The position numbers were made by a program, and so were the translations under genes. The notes beneath the pieces are model-generated. The model was not told the DNA's origin, did not search any database, and saw only the letters and a list, made by a program, of their open reading frames with translations. Below, in pieces: positions 49,945 through 60,122 of a stretch of 64,000 nucleotides of DNA; the first letter of the stretch is position 1; each line of letters opens with the position of its first letter. The stretch is from a virus, in UHGV virus genome UHGV-0125199; one strand, 5' to 3'.

Positions 49945-50937
49945 ATGGCTATTAGAACAGAAATCGCAGAACTCATGGATAAAGATGGTGTTCTGTTTGA
50001 AGTTGCTGAAAAGGTAAATTATAAAAGAGAGCTTAACTCTGAAGAAAAAGAAATTGCTGAAATTTCCGATGCATGGGCAAGAGAAATCGGTAAAACAGGA
50101 AAGGATCCTAATTGCGAAATCGCAGAGTTTGTAACTAGAACTGTACAGGAAGAAGTGTACAACGCACCGGACGAACTTCTTGATCAGATTTTTGAAAGAG
50201 GTTCTGTTGGAGAGTTTGATGATTTAGAAGGAACAAAGGAGCCAAAAAATACACTTGTAGCACATGAAGCTGCAAAAGGCGGTAATGTAGATCGTTCTTA
50301 CATTGATATTGAAACTGTAAAACCTACATGGAAAAATCGTCAGGTTGAAACTGATATCTCATATGTAGATTTAAGAAAAAATGGTTTTAAATCCATCGCA
50401 ACCTTAACTACATTTATGAAAGAAGCTTGTCAGAATGCGTTATTTTACGATGCACTTTCTATGGCGGATAACGCGGTTACAGGGGGAGAAGCTCTTATTG
50501 AAGTTACAGGAGCAACACCTACTCTTGAGGCTATGGATAAATTATCTCTTTATCTGAATGATAGGGGTGATGATAATGTTATTGTTACTTTGAATAAATA
50601 TGCTCAGGCAATTAGACGTATGCCTAATTTTGCTCAGTATTTGTCAGGAGCTATGAAAGACGATTTTAACAGATATGGTTTAGTAAAAACATATGATGGA
50701 ATTGGCATTGCAGGTATTTCAGGAGCAAAGAAAACTGGAACTGGACAGCTTCTCCTGCCAGACAAGAGGATCTATGGTATCGCAGATAAAATCGGAACAC
50801 TGGATATGAAAGGTGAAATTCACGTATATCAGGATATGAATAATCAAGGTGAAAAAGTTCATATTATGTTGAAAGATTTTACATACGGCTTTATGCTCAC
50901 ACATATCGAAAACTTTGCAAAGGTTACTTTGAAATAA
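49945..50937 (+). CDS. putative major capsid protein (330 aa)
   Basis: position after scaffold; size; strong RBS AAGGAGG. Confidence 0.5.
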   Translation: MAIRTEIAELMDKDGVLFEVAEKVNYKRELNSEEKEIAEISDAWAREIGKTGKDPNCEIAEFVTRTVQEEVYNAPDELLDQIFERGSVGEFDDLEGTKEPKNTLVAHEAAKGGNVDRSYIDIETVKPTWKNRQVETDISYVDLRKNGFKSIATLTTFMKEACQNALFYDALSMADNAVTGGEALIEVTGATPTLEAMDKLSLYLNDRGDDNVIVTLNKYAQAIRRMPNFAQYLSGAMKDDFNRYGLVKTYDGIGIAGISGAKKTGTGQLLLPDKRIYGIADKIGTLDMKGEIHVYQDMNNQGEKVHIMLKDFTYGFMLTHIENFAKVTLK

Positions 50938-51012
50938 GGTAGTCTTTTTTTATTGTTTAAATTTCTATCGGAGGGATTCCTTCGATAGAAATTATGAAGA
51001 GGAGGAGATTTT

Positions 51013-51663
51013 ATTAGTAGTAAATTTGGAATCACAAAACATTTTCAGGTTTTAAATTATAATGAACATTCTGTATGCATTACAATTGCGCCAGGTAAAA
51101 CATGTGTAATTGAATCCGCAGTAGATGGATCACCAACTACTCTTCCGCTTACGTGGGATGAAATTGTATACGCAAATAACAGTAACGTATTTAAAAGCGG
51201 ATCACTTGAATTCCAAGGAGATGTCGAAAATGATATCTATAACGAATTAGGAATTGTAAAAGAAAATGTTTTAAAATATGAAGAAATAAAAGAAATTTTA
51301 CTTCATCCAGACAAGGATGGACTGAAAAAAATTTTAAAAATAAAAACGCTATCAGATTTTGATAGAGTTCGTGAAATTTTTCAAAAATTAAAATTTGAAG
51401 GTTATTCAATTACTCTTGATGTAAATAATCTTGTAAAAAAAAGAACAGAAGAATTGTTTATGGGAAAATCATCTTCTTCCATTTTTGTTGATGACCCAGA
51501 AAATACATCTTCAGATTCTAAGAAGGTTAAAGACTTGGAAAAACAGCTTGAGGAAATGAAGGCAATGATGGAATCTTTGCTTAAATCAAATGACACGGTG
51601 AAAACTGATTCTGTCGAAAATACTCAGGTTAAAAAAACAGGAAGACCGAAAAAGTCTGATTAG
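51013..51663 (+). CDS. 216-codon ORF with no in-frame ATG/GTG/TTG until codon 148; probable ATT-initiated (or +1 frameshift-expressed) late protein
   Basis: frame open from 50998 to TAG 51661-51663; SD AGAGGAGGAG ends 7 nt before ATT(51013); track only lists C-terminal 69 aa (51454..51663). Confidence 0.4.
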   Translation: MSSKFGITKHFQVLNYNEHSVCITIAPGKTCVIESAVDGSPTTLPLTWDEIVYANNSNVFKSGSLEFQGDVENDIYNELGIVKENVLKYEEIKEILLHPDKDGLKKILKIKTLSDFDRVREIFQKLKFEGYSITLDVNNLVKKRTEELFMGKSSSSIFVDDPENTSSDSKKVKDLEKQLEEMKAMMESLLKSNDTVKTDSVENTQVKKTGRPKKSD

Positions 51664-51684
51664 ATAACAGGGAGGTAATTTGGC

Positions 51685-52188
51685 ATGAAGTCAAATTCTT
51701 ATACTCCATTTAGTGAAATTTGTGATAGATTCTATGATCGATTAGAAAAGGATGATAAATTTTTTAATTATTATAACGTAGATGAATTAGAAGCAATTCA
51801 AATTGCACATGAAAGGTCTAAAAGATATCTTATTGAATCATTAGATGACTTAACATCTCTTGGAAATATGCAAGTAGATTTTTCTGATTATGACACAGAA
51901 ATTGAACGTATAAACTTCGAACTATTACCAAAAGAAATTAAAATCATTGTTGATATGATGTTTATTAAATACATGGAAAGAGATTTAGCATTGTTACACG
52001 CTATGGAAATAAATTTTGCACCATCTGATTTAACTGTGTTTTCTCCAGCAAATGAAAGAACAAGTTATCGCAATTTTATTGAAACACTAAAATTAAATTT
52101 GCAAGATGAATTGGCTAATTATCAAGACAGGGATAGAAAAACAGGCAAATTAAAAGCGGTACTTGATTATTCTTTATATGACGAGTGA
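51685..52188 (+). CDS. hypothetical head-tail joining region protein (167 aa)
   Basis: ORF in late operon. Confidence 0.4.
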   Translation: MKSNSYTPFSEICDRFYDRLEKDDKFFNYYNVDELEAIQIAHERSKRYLIESLDDLTSLGNMQVDFSDYDTEIERINFELLPKEIKIIVDMMFIKYMERDLALLHAMEINFAPSDLTVFSPANERTSYRNFIETLKLNLQDELANYQDRDRKTGKLKAVLDYSLYDE

Positions 52189-53212
52189 GGTGATAAAAAT
52201 GAATTTGAATTATTTCAGAAAAATTCAGAATAGTTATCGTGTATCGTCAAAGAAAGAACAACAACTTAATATAATCAACAAGGAATCTGAAAAGCATTGG
52301 AATAATATTGATTGCGAAGATGTTGTTATAAATGGTGAAAATAGAAAATTAATGGTGGTAAAAGACACCGATAATAATGCCTCAAAAAAGAAAATTAAAT
52401 CAATACATAGTGAGCCATTTAATCTTGGAGATTATATATACTGGAATAACCAAGTATGGATTGTAACAGTATTAGATCCTAATGAAAAGGCGTGGCATTC
52501 TGGATATATGTATTTATGTACACTATTGCTAAATACAATAGATGAAAATGGAAGGCTTGTTCAAAAATGGTGCTATTCAGAAGATTTTACTAAGTATTCT
52601 TCTGGCGAAACAGGGAATACAAGTATCAAAGTCGGGGATTATCAATATGGATTGACATTGCCTGTTGATAATGACACCAAACGTTGGCGGCGCGACAAAA
52701 GATTTTGCATTGATTTTGATGATTCGATTGAGCCAGACACATATCGATTAACAAATAGAAAATTGTTTTTATCAGATAATTCATATTTTAATCGAGGTGG
52801 TCTTATTCAACTTACACTTTCTCTCTCGTCATTTAACAAAGAAACAGATGCGCTTGTTGACTTTGATGGAAAAAAGTATTGGATAGCGGATTATATTAAA
52901 TCAGATGTTTCTCAAGAAAAAAATAACACGTGCAAGATTTCTTATAATGGCAAAAACCAAGTTGGTGTTGGCGATATTGAAAAGAAATTTTTGGGCGAGT
53001 TTTATTCTGGAAATGAAAAGATAGAGAACAAAGTTGGAAAATGGTATTTGAGCGATAACGTAAAAGATAAGGTGCATTTAAAAACAGAAAACAACACTGC
53101 GTTTATATGGATAGAAACAGAACAATTTGATCTAATTGGTGAAAAATTTAATTTATTTTTCGGTGACGATTTAGTTACAACAAATATAGAGCTTGAAATA
53201 GTTTACTTATAA
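52163..53212 (+). CDS. hypothetical structural protein (349 aa)
   Basis: ORF overlapping upstream stop. Confidence 0.4.
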   Translation: MIILYMTSEVIKMNLNYFRKIQNSYRVSSKKEQQLNIINKESEKHWNNIDCEDVVINGENRKLMVVKDTDNNASKKKIKSIHSEPFNLGDYIYWNNQVWIVTVLDPNEKAWHSGYMYLCTLLLNTIDENGRLVQKWCYSEDFTKYSSGETGNTSIKVGDYQYGLTLPVDNDTKRWRRDKRFCIDFDDSIEPDTYRLTNRKLFLSDNSYFNRGGLIQLTLSLSSFNKETDALVDFDGKKYWIADYIKSDVSQEKNNTCKISYNGKNQVGVGDIEKKFLGEFYSGNEKIENKVGKWYLSDNVKDKVHLKTENNTAFIWIETEQFDLIGEKFNLFFGDDLVTTNIELEIVYL

Positions 53213-53224
53213 TGAGGTGTCATT

Positions 53225-53710
53225 TTGTGGGATAAAAATATAAAAGATCTTGGGACAGTATTATCAAAAGTTATTTCAGCATTCAAGCATTCTGATGAAA
53301 TCCGAGATGTACTGTTTGGCAGTCAAATTAATGAAAATGATTTTGATTTACAAAAGGCTTATGAGGATTGTATATGGGATTGTCTTTATATAAAAGGAAT
53401 TCAAACAGAAGCAAAAACATATATTTGTGCAGATACAACAGTCTCACGAATAAATTCTAGCACAAAAAATGTTAAGCTCATTATACAGGTTTTTTGTGAA
53501 AAGTCGTTACTTAAGTATTCCAAAAAGGGATATGTTGGGAACAGACCTACTATCCTGGCAGAAATAATTGAGGAAATATTAATTAAAGACGAAGAATTTT
53601 CGAGAAATTTTGGCATAGGAAAATTAGAATTGAATAATGTAAACATTTTTACAAATGGCGAAAACCATTATGGTAAAACATTGGAATTTACCATTACAAC
53701 TTTTAGATAA
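53225..53710 (+). CDS. hypothetical structural protein (161 aa)
   Basis: ORF. Confidence 0.4.
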   Translation: MWDKNIKDLGTVLSKVISAFKHSDEIRDVLFGSQINENDFDLQKAYEDCIWDCLYIKGIQTEAKTYICADTTVSRINSSTKNVKLIIQVFCEKSLLKYSKKGYVGNRPTILAEIIEEILIKDEEFSRNFGIGKLELNNVNIFTNGENHYGKTLEFTITTFR

Positions 53711-53721
53711 GGATTTTAATT

Positions 53722-54501
53722 ATGAAATTAGATTATTTTGATCTAATCTCCCCTCTCCCACTTGATCTTGTTGGAATTGGAAGAATTAAATCTCCAAAGC
53801 TCATTGAGATTGCTGACATATCTTATTACGTCTATGCACAATATGTGTCGTGTCTAAGAATGACTCCAAGTGATTATATTGAAGATTTTAAAATAGAAGA
53901 TCCAGATATTAATTTGTATACAAAATTTGACCTTATTTTGTATGATTCAAATTTTAGAAATATGATTAAAAATGCTCTCAATTTTTTCTTTGTAGAGGAT
54001 TTCGAATGGTTTGATGAATATAAATCATTTCTATACACAGAGGAAATTGTTAGAGAAAATGACGATACTGAACTTCTAGCAAAAGGAATTATAAATTCTA
54101 AAAATTATTATGATGTGTTGGATATAATTCTTCAACGAGTGCATATTACACCGGACAATACAGAAGTGACTGATATTACAAAGATCAAAAATAAACGTGG
54201 ATTAAAAATATACAAGAGGTTGCAAAAGGTAAAACGTGAATTCAAAAAAACTTCTGGCGGAAATCCAGATATGTCTTTACCTAACATCATATCGTCCGTT
54301 GCTGTAAGAAGTTTATCATTAAACTGGATAAATATATGGGATATTACAATTTATCAATTATTCAATGAATTTGAAAGGCTTCAGATAATTGATCAATATG
54401 ACATTGCTTCTACACAGGTGTCTGTATGGGGAGATAAAGAAAAGAAATTCAAGTTTGGTGCTTGGAGTTCAAATATATATAACAAAAATGACGCTGAGTA
54501 A
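53722..54501 (+). CDS. hypothetical structural protein (259 aa)
   Basis: ORF. Confidence 0.4.
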   Translation: MKLDYFDLISPLPLDLVGIGRIKSPKLIEIADISYYVYAQYVSCLRMTPSDYIEDFKIEDPDINLYTKFDLILYDSNFRNMIKNALNFFFVEDFEWFDEYKSFLYTEEIVRENDDTELLAKGIINSKNYYDVLDIILQRVHITPDNTEVTDITKIKNKRGLKIYKRLQKVKREFKKTSGGNPDMSLPNIISSVAVRSLSLNWINIWDITIYQLFNEFERLQIIDQYDIASTQVSVWGDKEKKFKFGAWSSNIYNKNDAE

Positions 54502-54554
54502 TTCAGTGTCTTTTTTATTGCAAAAAAAACAAATCTTATATAGGAGGAATTAAA

Positions 54555-55322
54555 ATGGCAAATCAATTTGGAAAACAGATGGCAAACCGAGAAGTCTGTG
54601 ACATGGTGTTTGTAGATTATAAAACAAAAGAACCATTTCTTTTCTGTGATTACGCAAATACATCAAGTCAGGAATTGACAGGTGAAAACGTATTTGCGTA
54701 CGGTGGGAAAGGTCATCCAAAGAAAATTACATTCTCTGGAGAACGTGCTGGTACTCTTACGATTGAAACGCAGATTCAGACACCTAAGCTTTGGGAGCTG
54801 ATGACTGGAGGTAAGAGTTCTAAAACAGCAGAAATTATGAAGAGAGTCAAGGTAAAAGTTGGCGAAAGCAATAAAGTTAGTATTACTGACACAAAAGTTA
54901 CTCTCACAAAAGAAAATGTATGGGTTTATGACGGAGCAGATTCTAACATGGAAACAAAACTTGGGGTAACTACTGTTTCTGGTCAGGACATTACATTGAA
55001 AGATTCAAAGGCAGAAGGAACAGAAGTTGTTGTATTCTACCTTGCTACTAGAAATGATGTATACAATATCAGTATTAGATCTACTGACTTCCCGAAAGCG
55101 TTTACTGTTTACGGCGATACATATATGAAAACAACAGATGAGGATGTGCTTCCATATCTGTTCAAGGCATATAAAGTAGTTCCGCAGGCTAATATGTCTC
55201 TGTCTTTTGCAAGTTCCGGAGATCCGGGTACTGTAACACTTACTTGTGACATGATGGTTGACGATGATGGAAACATGCTTGACCTGACTCTGTTACCGGA
55301 CGAGGACGAACCGGGGGAATAG
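54555..55322 (+). CDS. putative major tail/tube-like protein (255 aa)
   Basis: strong RBS AGGAGG; position. Confidence 0.35.
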   Translation: MANQFGKQMANREVCDMVFVDYKTKEPFLFCDYANTSSQELTGENVFAYGGKGHPKKITFSGERAGTLTIETQIQTPKLWELMTGGKSSKTAEIMKRVKVKVGESNKVSITDTKVTLTKENVWVYDGADSNMETKLGVTTVSGQDITLKDSKAEGTEVVVFYLATRNDVYNISIRSTDFPKAFTVYGDTYMKTTDEDVLPYLFKAYKVVPQANMSLSFASSGDPGTVTLTCDMMVDDDGNMLDLTLLPDEDEPGE

Positions 55323-55410
55323 AACCCCCTGAAGATCTCGCCTTGATAGGCAGGGGGAAAATCGGAAAGGCAAAAGTCGGAAAATCAGAATGAATAAGGA
55401 GTGAGTAAAA

Positions 55411-55818
55411 ATGGCATATACACCAACGACATGGAGCGATGGAGATGTTATTACTGCTGAAAAGATGAACAAGCTGGAGCAAGGTGTAAAAAATGAACAG
55501 GTTGGCGCACCTGGAGCAGCCGCAGGATTCGGAACACCAACTGCAACGGTTGACGCAAATACTGGAGTTCCATCTGTAACTGTAACAGCAAGTGGAGCAA
55601 ACACAGCAAAGGTATTTAATTTTGCATTCAAAAATTTAAAAGGAGCAAAAGGAGATCCTGGTGCGACATACACTCTTCCGGCTGCGAATAAAACAACACT
55701 TGGAGGCGTAAAACAGTCTACTTTGGTTCCTGAAGCTGCAGGAGAAAATGTCACAAAGGCTGAGTTCAAAGCTTTGCTGGACGCTTTGAAAGCAGCCGGT
55801 ATTATGGCTACATCTTAA
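55411..55818 (+). CDS. tail-fiber-like small protein, paralogous C-terminal module to 41204..42121
   Basis: 'YTLPAANKTTLGGVK...EFKALLDALKAAGIMATS' vs 'YTLPQATDQVLGGVK...LNALLASLRTAGIIAQ'. Confidence 0.5.
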   Translation: MAYTPTTWSDGDVITAEKMNKLEQGVKNEQVGAPGAAAGFGTPTATVDANTGVPSVTVTASGANTAKVFNFAFKNLKGAKGDPGATYTLPAANKTTLGGVKQSTLVPEAAGENVTKAEFKALLDALKAAGIMATS

Positions 55819-55851
55819 AATAACGAGTGATAGATATTTAGTGTGAAGAAA

Positions 55852-55890
55852 GGGGTAAATATCTATTATCGGTATTTACCCCATTTTTTT
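55852..55890 (+). terminator. strong intrinsic terminator
   Basis: GGGGTAAATA-loop-TATTTACCCC then ATTTTTTT. Confidence 0.7.
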
Positions 55891-56222
55891 ACTCTGCTCC
55901 GAATAAGTGAGGAGTGAACTCGAAATTAGAAAGTTAGACAATGAATACCGTACAGAATCTTCTCACGAAGTCTGTTATTTATCAGAATACGGAATTAAAT
56001 ATACATTTGTAAAAAAAGAAGATGGTGTGACGGTATGGAAGTACAAAAAGAGTAAAGAACTTGGACTTGCTTTAGCTAAGTTCTGGGAACAAAAATAAAA
56101 TAGGTTGTTCAAGATGATGAATATAAAGGTGGGTGTCATATTTTTGAGCGTAGTGTCACGCAGTACACAGGCAATAGTATTAAAGGACTACCACTCTCCT
56201 ATTTGTATGAAAGGAAAAAATT

Positions 56223-56492
56223 ATGGAATTTTTGAATGAATTTATGATGCCGGTCGTACTTGGCATTTGCCTTTGCGTCGGATATATTATCAAGAAATGG
56301 ATTAAAGATGTCGATAACAAGTACATCCCAACAATCTGTGGAGTATTGGGCATTGTGATAGCTGCATGGATTAATGGTTTTGCATTTAGCCCAGAAATTG
56401 TTTTAAGCGGTTTGATTAGTGGTCTTGCATCTACAGGTTTGCACCAGGCACTTACACAATTTATCGAAAAGAAAGAACAGAAAACTGAATAA
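56223..56492 (+). CDS. small two-TM membrane protein, holin-like
   Basis: two hydrophobic helices 'MMPVVLGICLCVGYII' and 'ICGVLGIVIAAWINGFAF', charged C-terminus. Confidence 0.35.
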   Translation: MEFLNEFMMPVVLGICLCVGYIIKKWIKDVDNKYIPTICGVLGIVIAAWINGFAFSPEIVLSGLISGLASTGLHQALTQFIEKKEQKTE

Positions 56493-56494
56493 AT

Positions 56495-57196
56495 ATGGAA
56501 TATTTAGAAATGTTTTTTGAGCTAGATTTTGTTTCTATTATTCTCGCAATTGTTACCATACTTCTTGCATGGCAGTTTTTAGACAAATTGCTTGTATGGT
56601 TTTGGGAGAAAACAGGAATTGAATTTAGACATATCAGAAAAAGACGAGAAGAGCATGAGCTTCTTGTAAAAACCGCTGAAAATTTATCAAAACTACAAGA
56701 ACAACATCAAGAAGACGTGGAACGTGTTACTCAAAATGATAGGAAAATGCAACAGGAATTTTCAGAATTTGTCGAAGAGTTAAAGTCTGCTCTTACTGCT
56801 CAACGAGAACAGATGGATATTTATGCTAAAAATAGAATTAACGATAGAGAAAAATCACGAGAAATTCAGAGAGATTTTAATGAATCTCAAAAAAAATTAT
56901 CCGAATCCGTTGCTGTTATTTCAAAAAAATTGGATGATATGAAGGCTGAAACAGATATGCGTTTCCACGCCAATGAAGAAAAACAAAATAAAAAAGAGCA
57001 AGCAAAAATAAAGGCTGAAATTAGTAATCGGTACAGTATCTATCACGAAAGAAAGTGTATTACTGATATTGAGTTTGAAGCATTAGAAGGGCTTATAGCT
57101 ACCTATGAATCGTTCGGGGGGCTGAATAGCTTTGTACATAGTGTTGTCCAAAAAGAAATGTTTACATGGAAAAAAGTTAACGAAAAAGAAGATTAA
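56495..57196 (+). CDS. coiled-coil protein with N-terminal TM segment (233 aa)
   Basis: 'FVSIILAIVTILLAWQFL' then charged coiled-coil. Confidence 0.4.
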   Translation: MEYLEMFFELDFVSIILAIVTILLAWQFLDKLLVWFWEKTGIEFRHIRKRREEHELLVKTAENLSKLQEQHQEDVERVTQNDRKMQQEFSEFVEELKSALTAQREQMDIYAKNRINDREKSREIQRDFNESQKKLSESVAVISKKLDDMKAETDMRFHANEEKQNKKEQAKIKAEISNRYSIYHERKCITDIEFEALEGLIATYESFGGLNSFVHSVVQKEMFTWKKVNEKED

Positions 57197-57243
57197 TAAA
57201 TGGAGAAGTTACTAGTTGGTGACTTCTCTTCTTATTTAAAGAG

Positions 57244-57693
57244 GTGATAAAAATTACAAGATCAAAATTTAATGTAGATAAAGACAAAAGTAAACGAACA
57301 CATAATGGAATCGTATTTGATTCTGTATTAGAAATGAAATACTATCGCGACGTTCTTTGCCCTGCAGTGGAGAGTGGTGATGTGGTTAGTTATGAATTAC
57401 AAAAACCATATGAATTACAACCAAAGTTTCGTCATGATGGAAAATCAGTTCAGCCAATTAAGTATGTGGCTGACTTTTTTATTGTTTATAAAGATGGGCA
57501 TGAAGAAGTTGTTGATACTAAAGGATGTCCAGATTCAGTCGCACTATTAAAAAGAAAATTGTTTTGGCACAAGTTTCCAGAAGTTGATTATAAATGGGTT
57601 ACTTGGGTGGAAAAATTTGGAGGCTGGATCGAATATGAAGAATATAAACGACTCAAACGAGAAGAAAAGGAAAATAAAGTTTCTGATATTTAA
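57244..57693 (+). CDS. putative PD-(D/E)xK-fold nuclease-like protein (149 aa)
   Basis: 'YVADFFIVYKDGHEEVVDTKG' D...E-V-V-D-T-K pattern. Confidence 0.3.
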   Translation: MIKITRSKFNVDKDKSKRTHNGIVFDSVLEMKYYRDVLCPAVESGDVVSYELQKPYELQPKFRHDGKSVQPIKYVADFFIVYKDGHEEVVDTKGCPDSVALLKRKLFWHKFPEVDYKWVTWVEKFGGWIEYEEYKRLKREEKENKVSDI

Positions 57694-57788
57694 TTATTAA
57701 TTTTGTCAAAATATGCGTAACAAAATATCTTTACTACTCTTCTATTCAGTGATATGCTTGTATTATATAATATAAGGAGGCACAAGTC

Positions 57789-58082
57789 ATGGAAGAAAAA
57801 AGAAGAGGAAGACGTAAAAAAGTTGTAGAAAAGAATTACGATGTTTTGATTCAGCAGTGCAACCAAGAAATTTTAACCATCCAAAATAAAATGGATGAAT
57901 TAAAAGTTCAGATGAAAGAAAAGAAAATTGAAATCAAGAAACTTGAAAAAGAAAAAGCTATCTATGATGAGATGAAAGCTGAACAAGAAAAATCTGAACG
58001 TATTCGTGAACTCGCGGAAATGATTGATAAATCAGAATACACTTTGGATGAAATTAAGGAATTATTAAATCATAAAAACTAG
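57789..58082 (+). CDS. coiled-coil small protein (97 aa)
   Basis: K/E-rich heptads. Confidence 0.4.
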   Translation: MEEKRRGRRKKVVEKNYDVLIQQCNQEILTIQNKMDELKVQMKEKKIEIKKLEKEKAIYDEMKAEQEKSERIRELAEMIDKSEYTLDEIKELLNHKN

Positions 58083-58121
58083 AATTATAAATTACATCTA
58101 AATCATAAAATGTTAATTAAT

Positions 58122-58147
58122 AGAGTCGGTTAACCGGCTCTTTTTTG
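58122..58147 (+). terminator. intrinsic terminator
   Basis: AGAGTCGG-TTAA-CCGGCTCT then TTTTTTG. Confidence 0.7.
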
Positions 58148-58288
58148 ATGCAAAAATTCAAATCAAATTTCGCTTTCATTTAGAAATGAAAAGAGAATAA
58201 GAGATATGGTGCTACTAAAATAGTAACATCATAATGGAAATGAGTTGATGATTTGATAAGCATCGCCAACATTATTGTACCAATCTTA

Positions 58289-58480
58289 TCACTTGGTACT
58301 GTTCTCACTTGCAAATTCGCAATTAACTTCTACAAAACCTTCCTTAAAGTTAGTAATAGCATGAAGTGAAGTCGGATTGTTTTGCAGAACCATCCATACT
58401 ATTCCAAGAACAGTCATGGACAAAAAGGTAAAGATGATTGCGAGTTTTGCAAGTCTGAACGAATTTTTGCTGTCTGTCAT
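58289..58480 (-). CDS. small single-TM membrane protein on opposite strand within late region
   Basis: RBS GGGAGGTG 5 nt upstream of ATG; 'LAKLAIIFTFLSMTVLGIVWMVL' TM. Confidence 0.45.
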   Translation of the reverse strand: MTDSKNSFRLAKLAIIFTFLSMTVLGIVWMVLQNNPTSLHAITNFKEGFVEVNCEFASENSTK

Positions 58481-58743
58481 TTTTCACCTCCCTTCCGATT
58501 GTATAGTAATCAACTATCATGGGGAGATCAGAATGAGCAGATCGCTCAGAATTGTATAAACTTCTGATGACTTTCACCTATCTTTCTGACTTATTATATA
58601 GTCGTGGTGATTGGTTTGTAGGTTCCTTGTATGTAGGAGCGTAACAGCCGTGGTTACGCACACGCCTTCCTGCATATAGATATTATACTACTCATAGAAA
58701 ATAAAAACATCCAGAACATTTGTTTTAAAGGAGATAGAAAATC

Positions 58744-59445
58744 ATGAAAAAAGAAAATATGAAAATTAAAGAAATTATTACATTCGAAGATAAAGCAAAC
58801 GCTATTGAATATATTTGTAACAGTTTATTTGATTTTGGAGAAAATGGTGAAATTACCGACTACTCCCCTTATTATATTGAGCCAGCGCAGGTTTGTGCTA
58901 TTATGAATTACTTTGTAGATGGAATTGAATTTGAAGATGGAGAATCTGTTTACGATGTTGCAATTGCAGACAAAGAAGTTAATGATATTGTAAATCAGTT
59001 TTTCATCAAGAATACTACAACAGCAAAAAATCCAAAATTAACATATCCACAGGAGATTATGAAATTCGTCATGTCTCATGTTGTAGAAAAAGTTGAATAT
59101 ATGAAACAGAAAGCTATTCATGCTCCATCATATAGAAAAGATATGGTTGGAGAAGCTCTTGTTGATTTGATCAACGTATTGTCTTCAAAGGCAGAAGAAT
59201 TAAATGTATCCGAGGCGAATAAATTTATCGAGAAGTATAACTCACCAGACAAATCTATGGAAGATATTGCGAAGCAGTTTATGAAAGAGGAATTTGAAAA
59301 ACGTACTGCTGAACTCGAAAATGCAAATACACAACCAATTTATAAGCCGGATAATGAAGAAAAGGCTACTAAAAATGAAAAGATGAGAGAGATGCTTAAA
59401 CGCGCAATGGAGATTCATGAAACAGCCGAAAATCTTCCTTATTAG
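58744..59445 (+). CDS. hypothetical protein (233 aa)
   Basis: RBS AAGGAG; ORF. Confidence 0.45.
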   Translation: MKKENMKIKEIITFEDKANAIEYICNSLFDFGENGEITDYSPYYIEPAQVCAIMNYFVDGIEFEDGESVYDVAIADKEVNDIVNQFFIKNTTTAKNPKLTYPQEIMKFVMSHVVEKVEYMKQKAIHAPSYRKDMVGEALVDLINVLSSKAEELNVSEANKFIEKYNSPDKSMEDIAKQFMKEEFEKRTAELENANTQPIYKPDNEEKATKNEKMREMLKRAMEIHETAENLPY

Positions 59446-59456
59446 AAGGTGTTGCT

Positions 59457-59858
59457 ATGGCAAAAAAAGTTGTTTCCAGTTTTTTGGAAGTTAAAGGATT
59501 GGTTGAAAAAGATGTGCACTCTGGTATGAATGATGCAAGGGATGAAGTTGAAATAAAATTAGAAGATAATGTAATGGGATATTATGACATTGGAAATCCG
59601 GTAAAATACGAAAGAACAGGAACATTATTGGAATCTCCTAACACTACTCCTGTTTCTGGTGGAGGAAATCATTTTGAATTTAAAGCAGAAATGCAAGACA
59701 ATATTTCTTATCATACTGGAACTTACACTGGGGCACAAGTAATTGATGCAACAGAGCAAGGACATTCTGGAACTCTTGGTAAACATGGATATTTTGCAAA
59801 GACAGAAGCGGAAATTCCTGAAATTGTGGATAGGAATATGTCGAAGTATTTGAAGTGA
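59457..59858 (+). CDS. hypothetical protein (133 aa)
   Basis: ORF. Confidence 0.45.
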   Translation: MAKKVVSSFLEVKGLVEKDVHSGMNDARDEVEIKLEDNVMGYYDIGNPVKYERTGTLLESPNTTPVSGGGNHFEFKAEMQDNISYHTGTYTGAQVIDATEQGHSGTLGKHGYFAKTEAEIPEIVDRNMSKYLK

Positions 59859-59893
59859 AAATAATTACCCAGGATGCGGCTAACATCCTGGGG
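59855..59893 (-). terminator. intrinsic terminator oriented for minus strand
   Basis: CCCAGGATG-loop-CATCCTGGG stem; T-run on minus strand (plus AAAATAATTA). Confidence 0.45.
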
Positions 59894-59948
59894 TCGTAAA
59901 AAGGAAACTATTTAAATGACATATATGCAGAATTAATTAAATGATTTT

Positions 59949-60122
59949 TTACCTACGGTTCTTACGTAATGACAATGAGTATTCAAATTTTATATATTTG
60001 GAGAATTGAATTTTACATTTCGCGTTTTTAACATCCTTAGAAAATGTATTAAACGTAAAAACAAGAATAATTAAAAGAACTAATGCAATAACAATAAGAC
60101 TTAAAATTATAATTGTTGTCAT
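59949..60122 (-). CDS. small single-TM membrane protein (57 aa) not in ORF track
   Basis: RBS GGGTGGTG before ATG; 'TTIIILSLIVIALVLLIILVF' TM; terminator downstream. Confidence 0.4.
   Translation of the reverse strand: MTTIIILSLIVIALVLLIILVFTFNTFSKDVKNAKCKIQFSKYIKFEYSLSLRKNRR

Noticed and set aside
50944-50989. Intrinsic terminator after capsid gene
   Set aside because: The T-run precedes rather than follows the hairpin on the plus strand and there is no A-run or T-run arrangement for the minus strand, so it was kept only as a possible attenuator or stability hairpin.
41204-55818. Diversity-generating retroelement (template/variable repeat) explanation for the two fiber-like paralogs
   Set aside because: There is no reverse transcriptase in the window, and the similarity is at the protein level rather than the near-identical DNA level, with no adenine-specific pattern.
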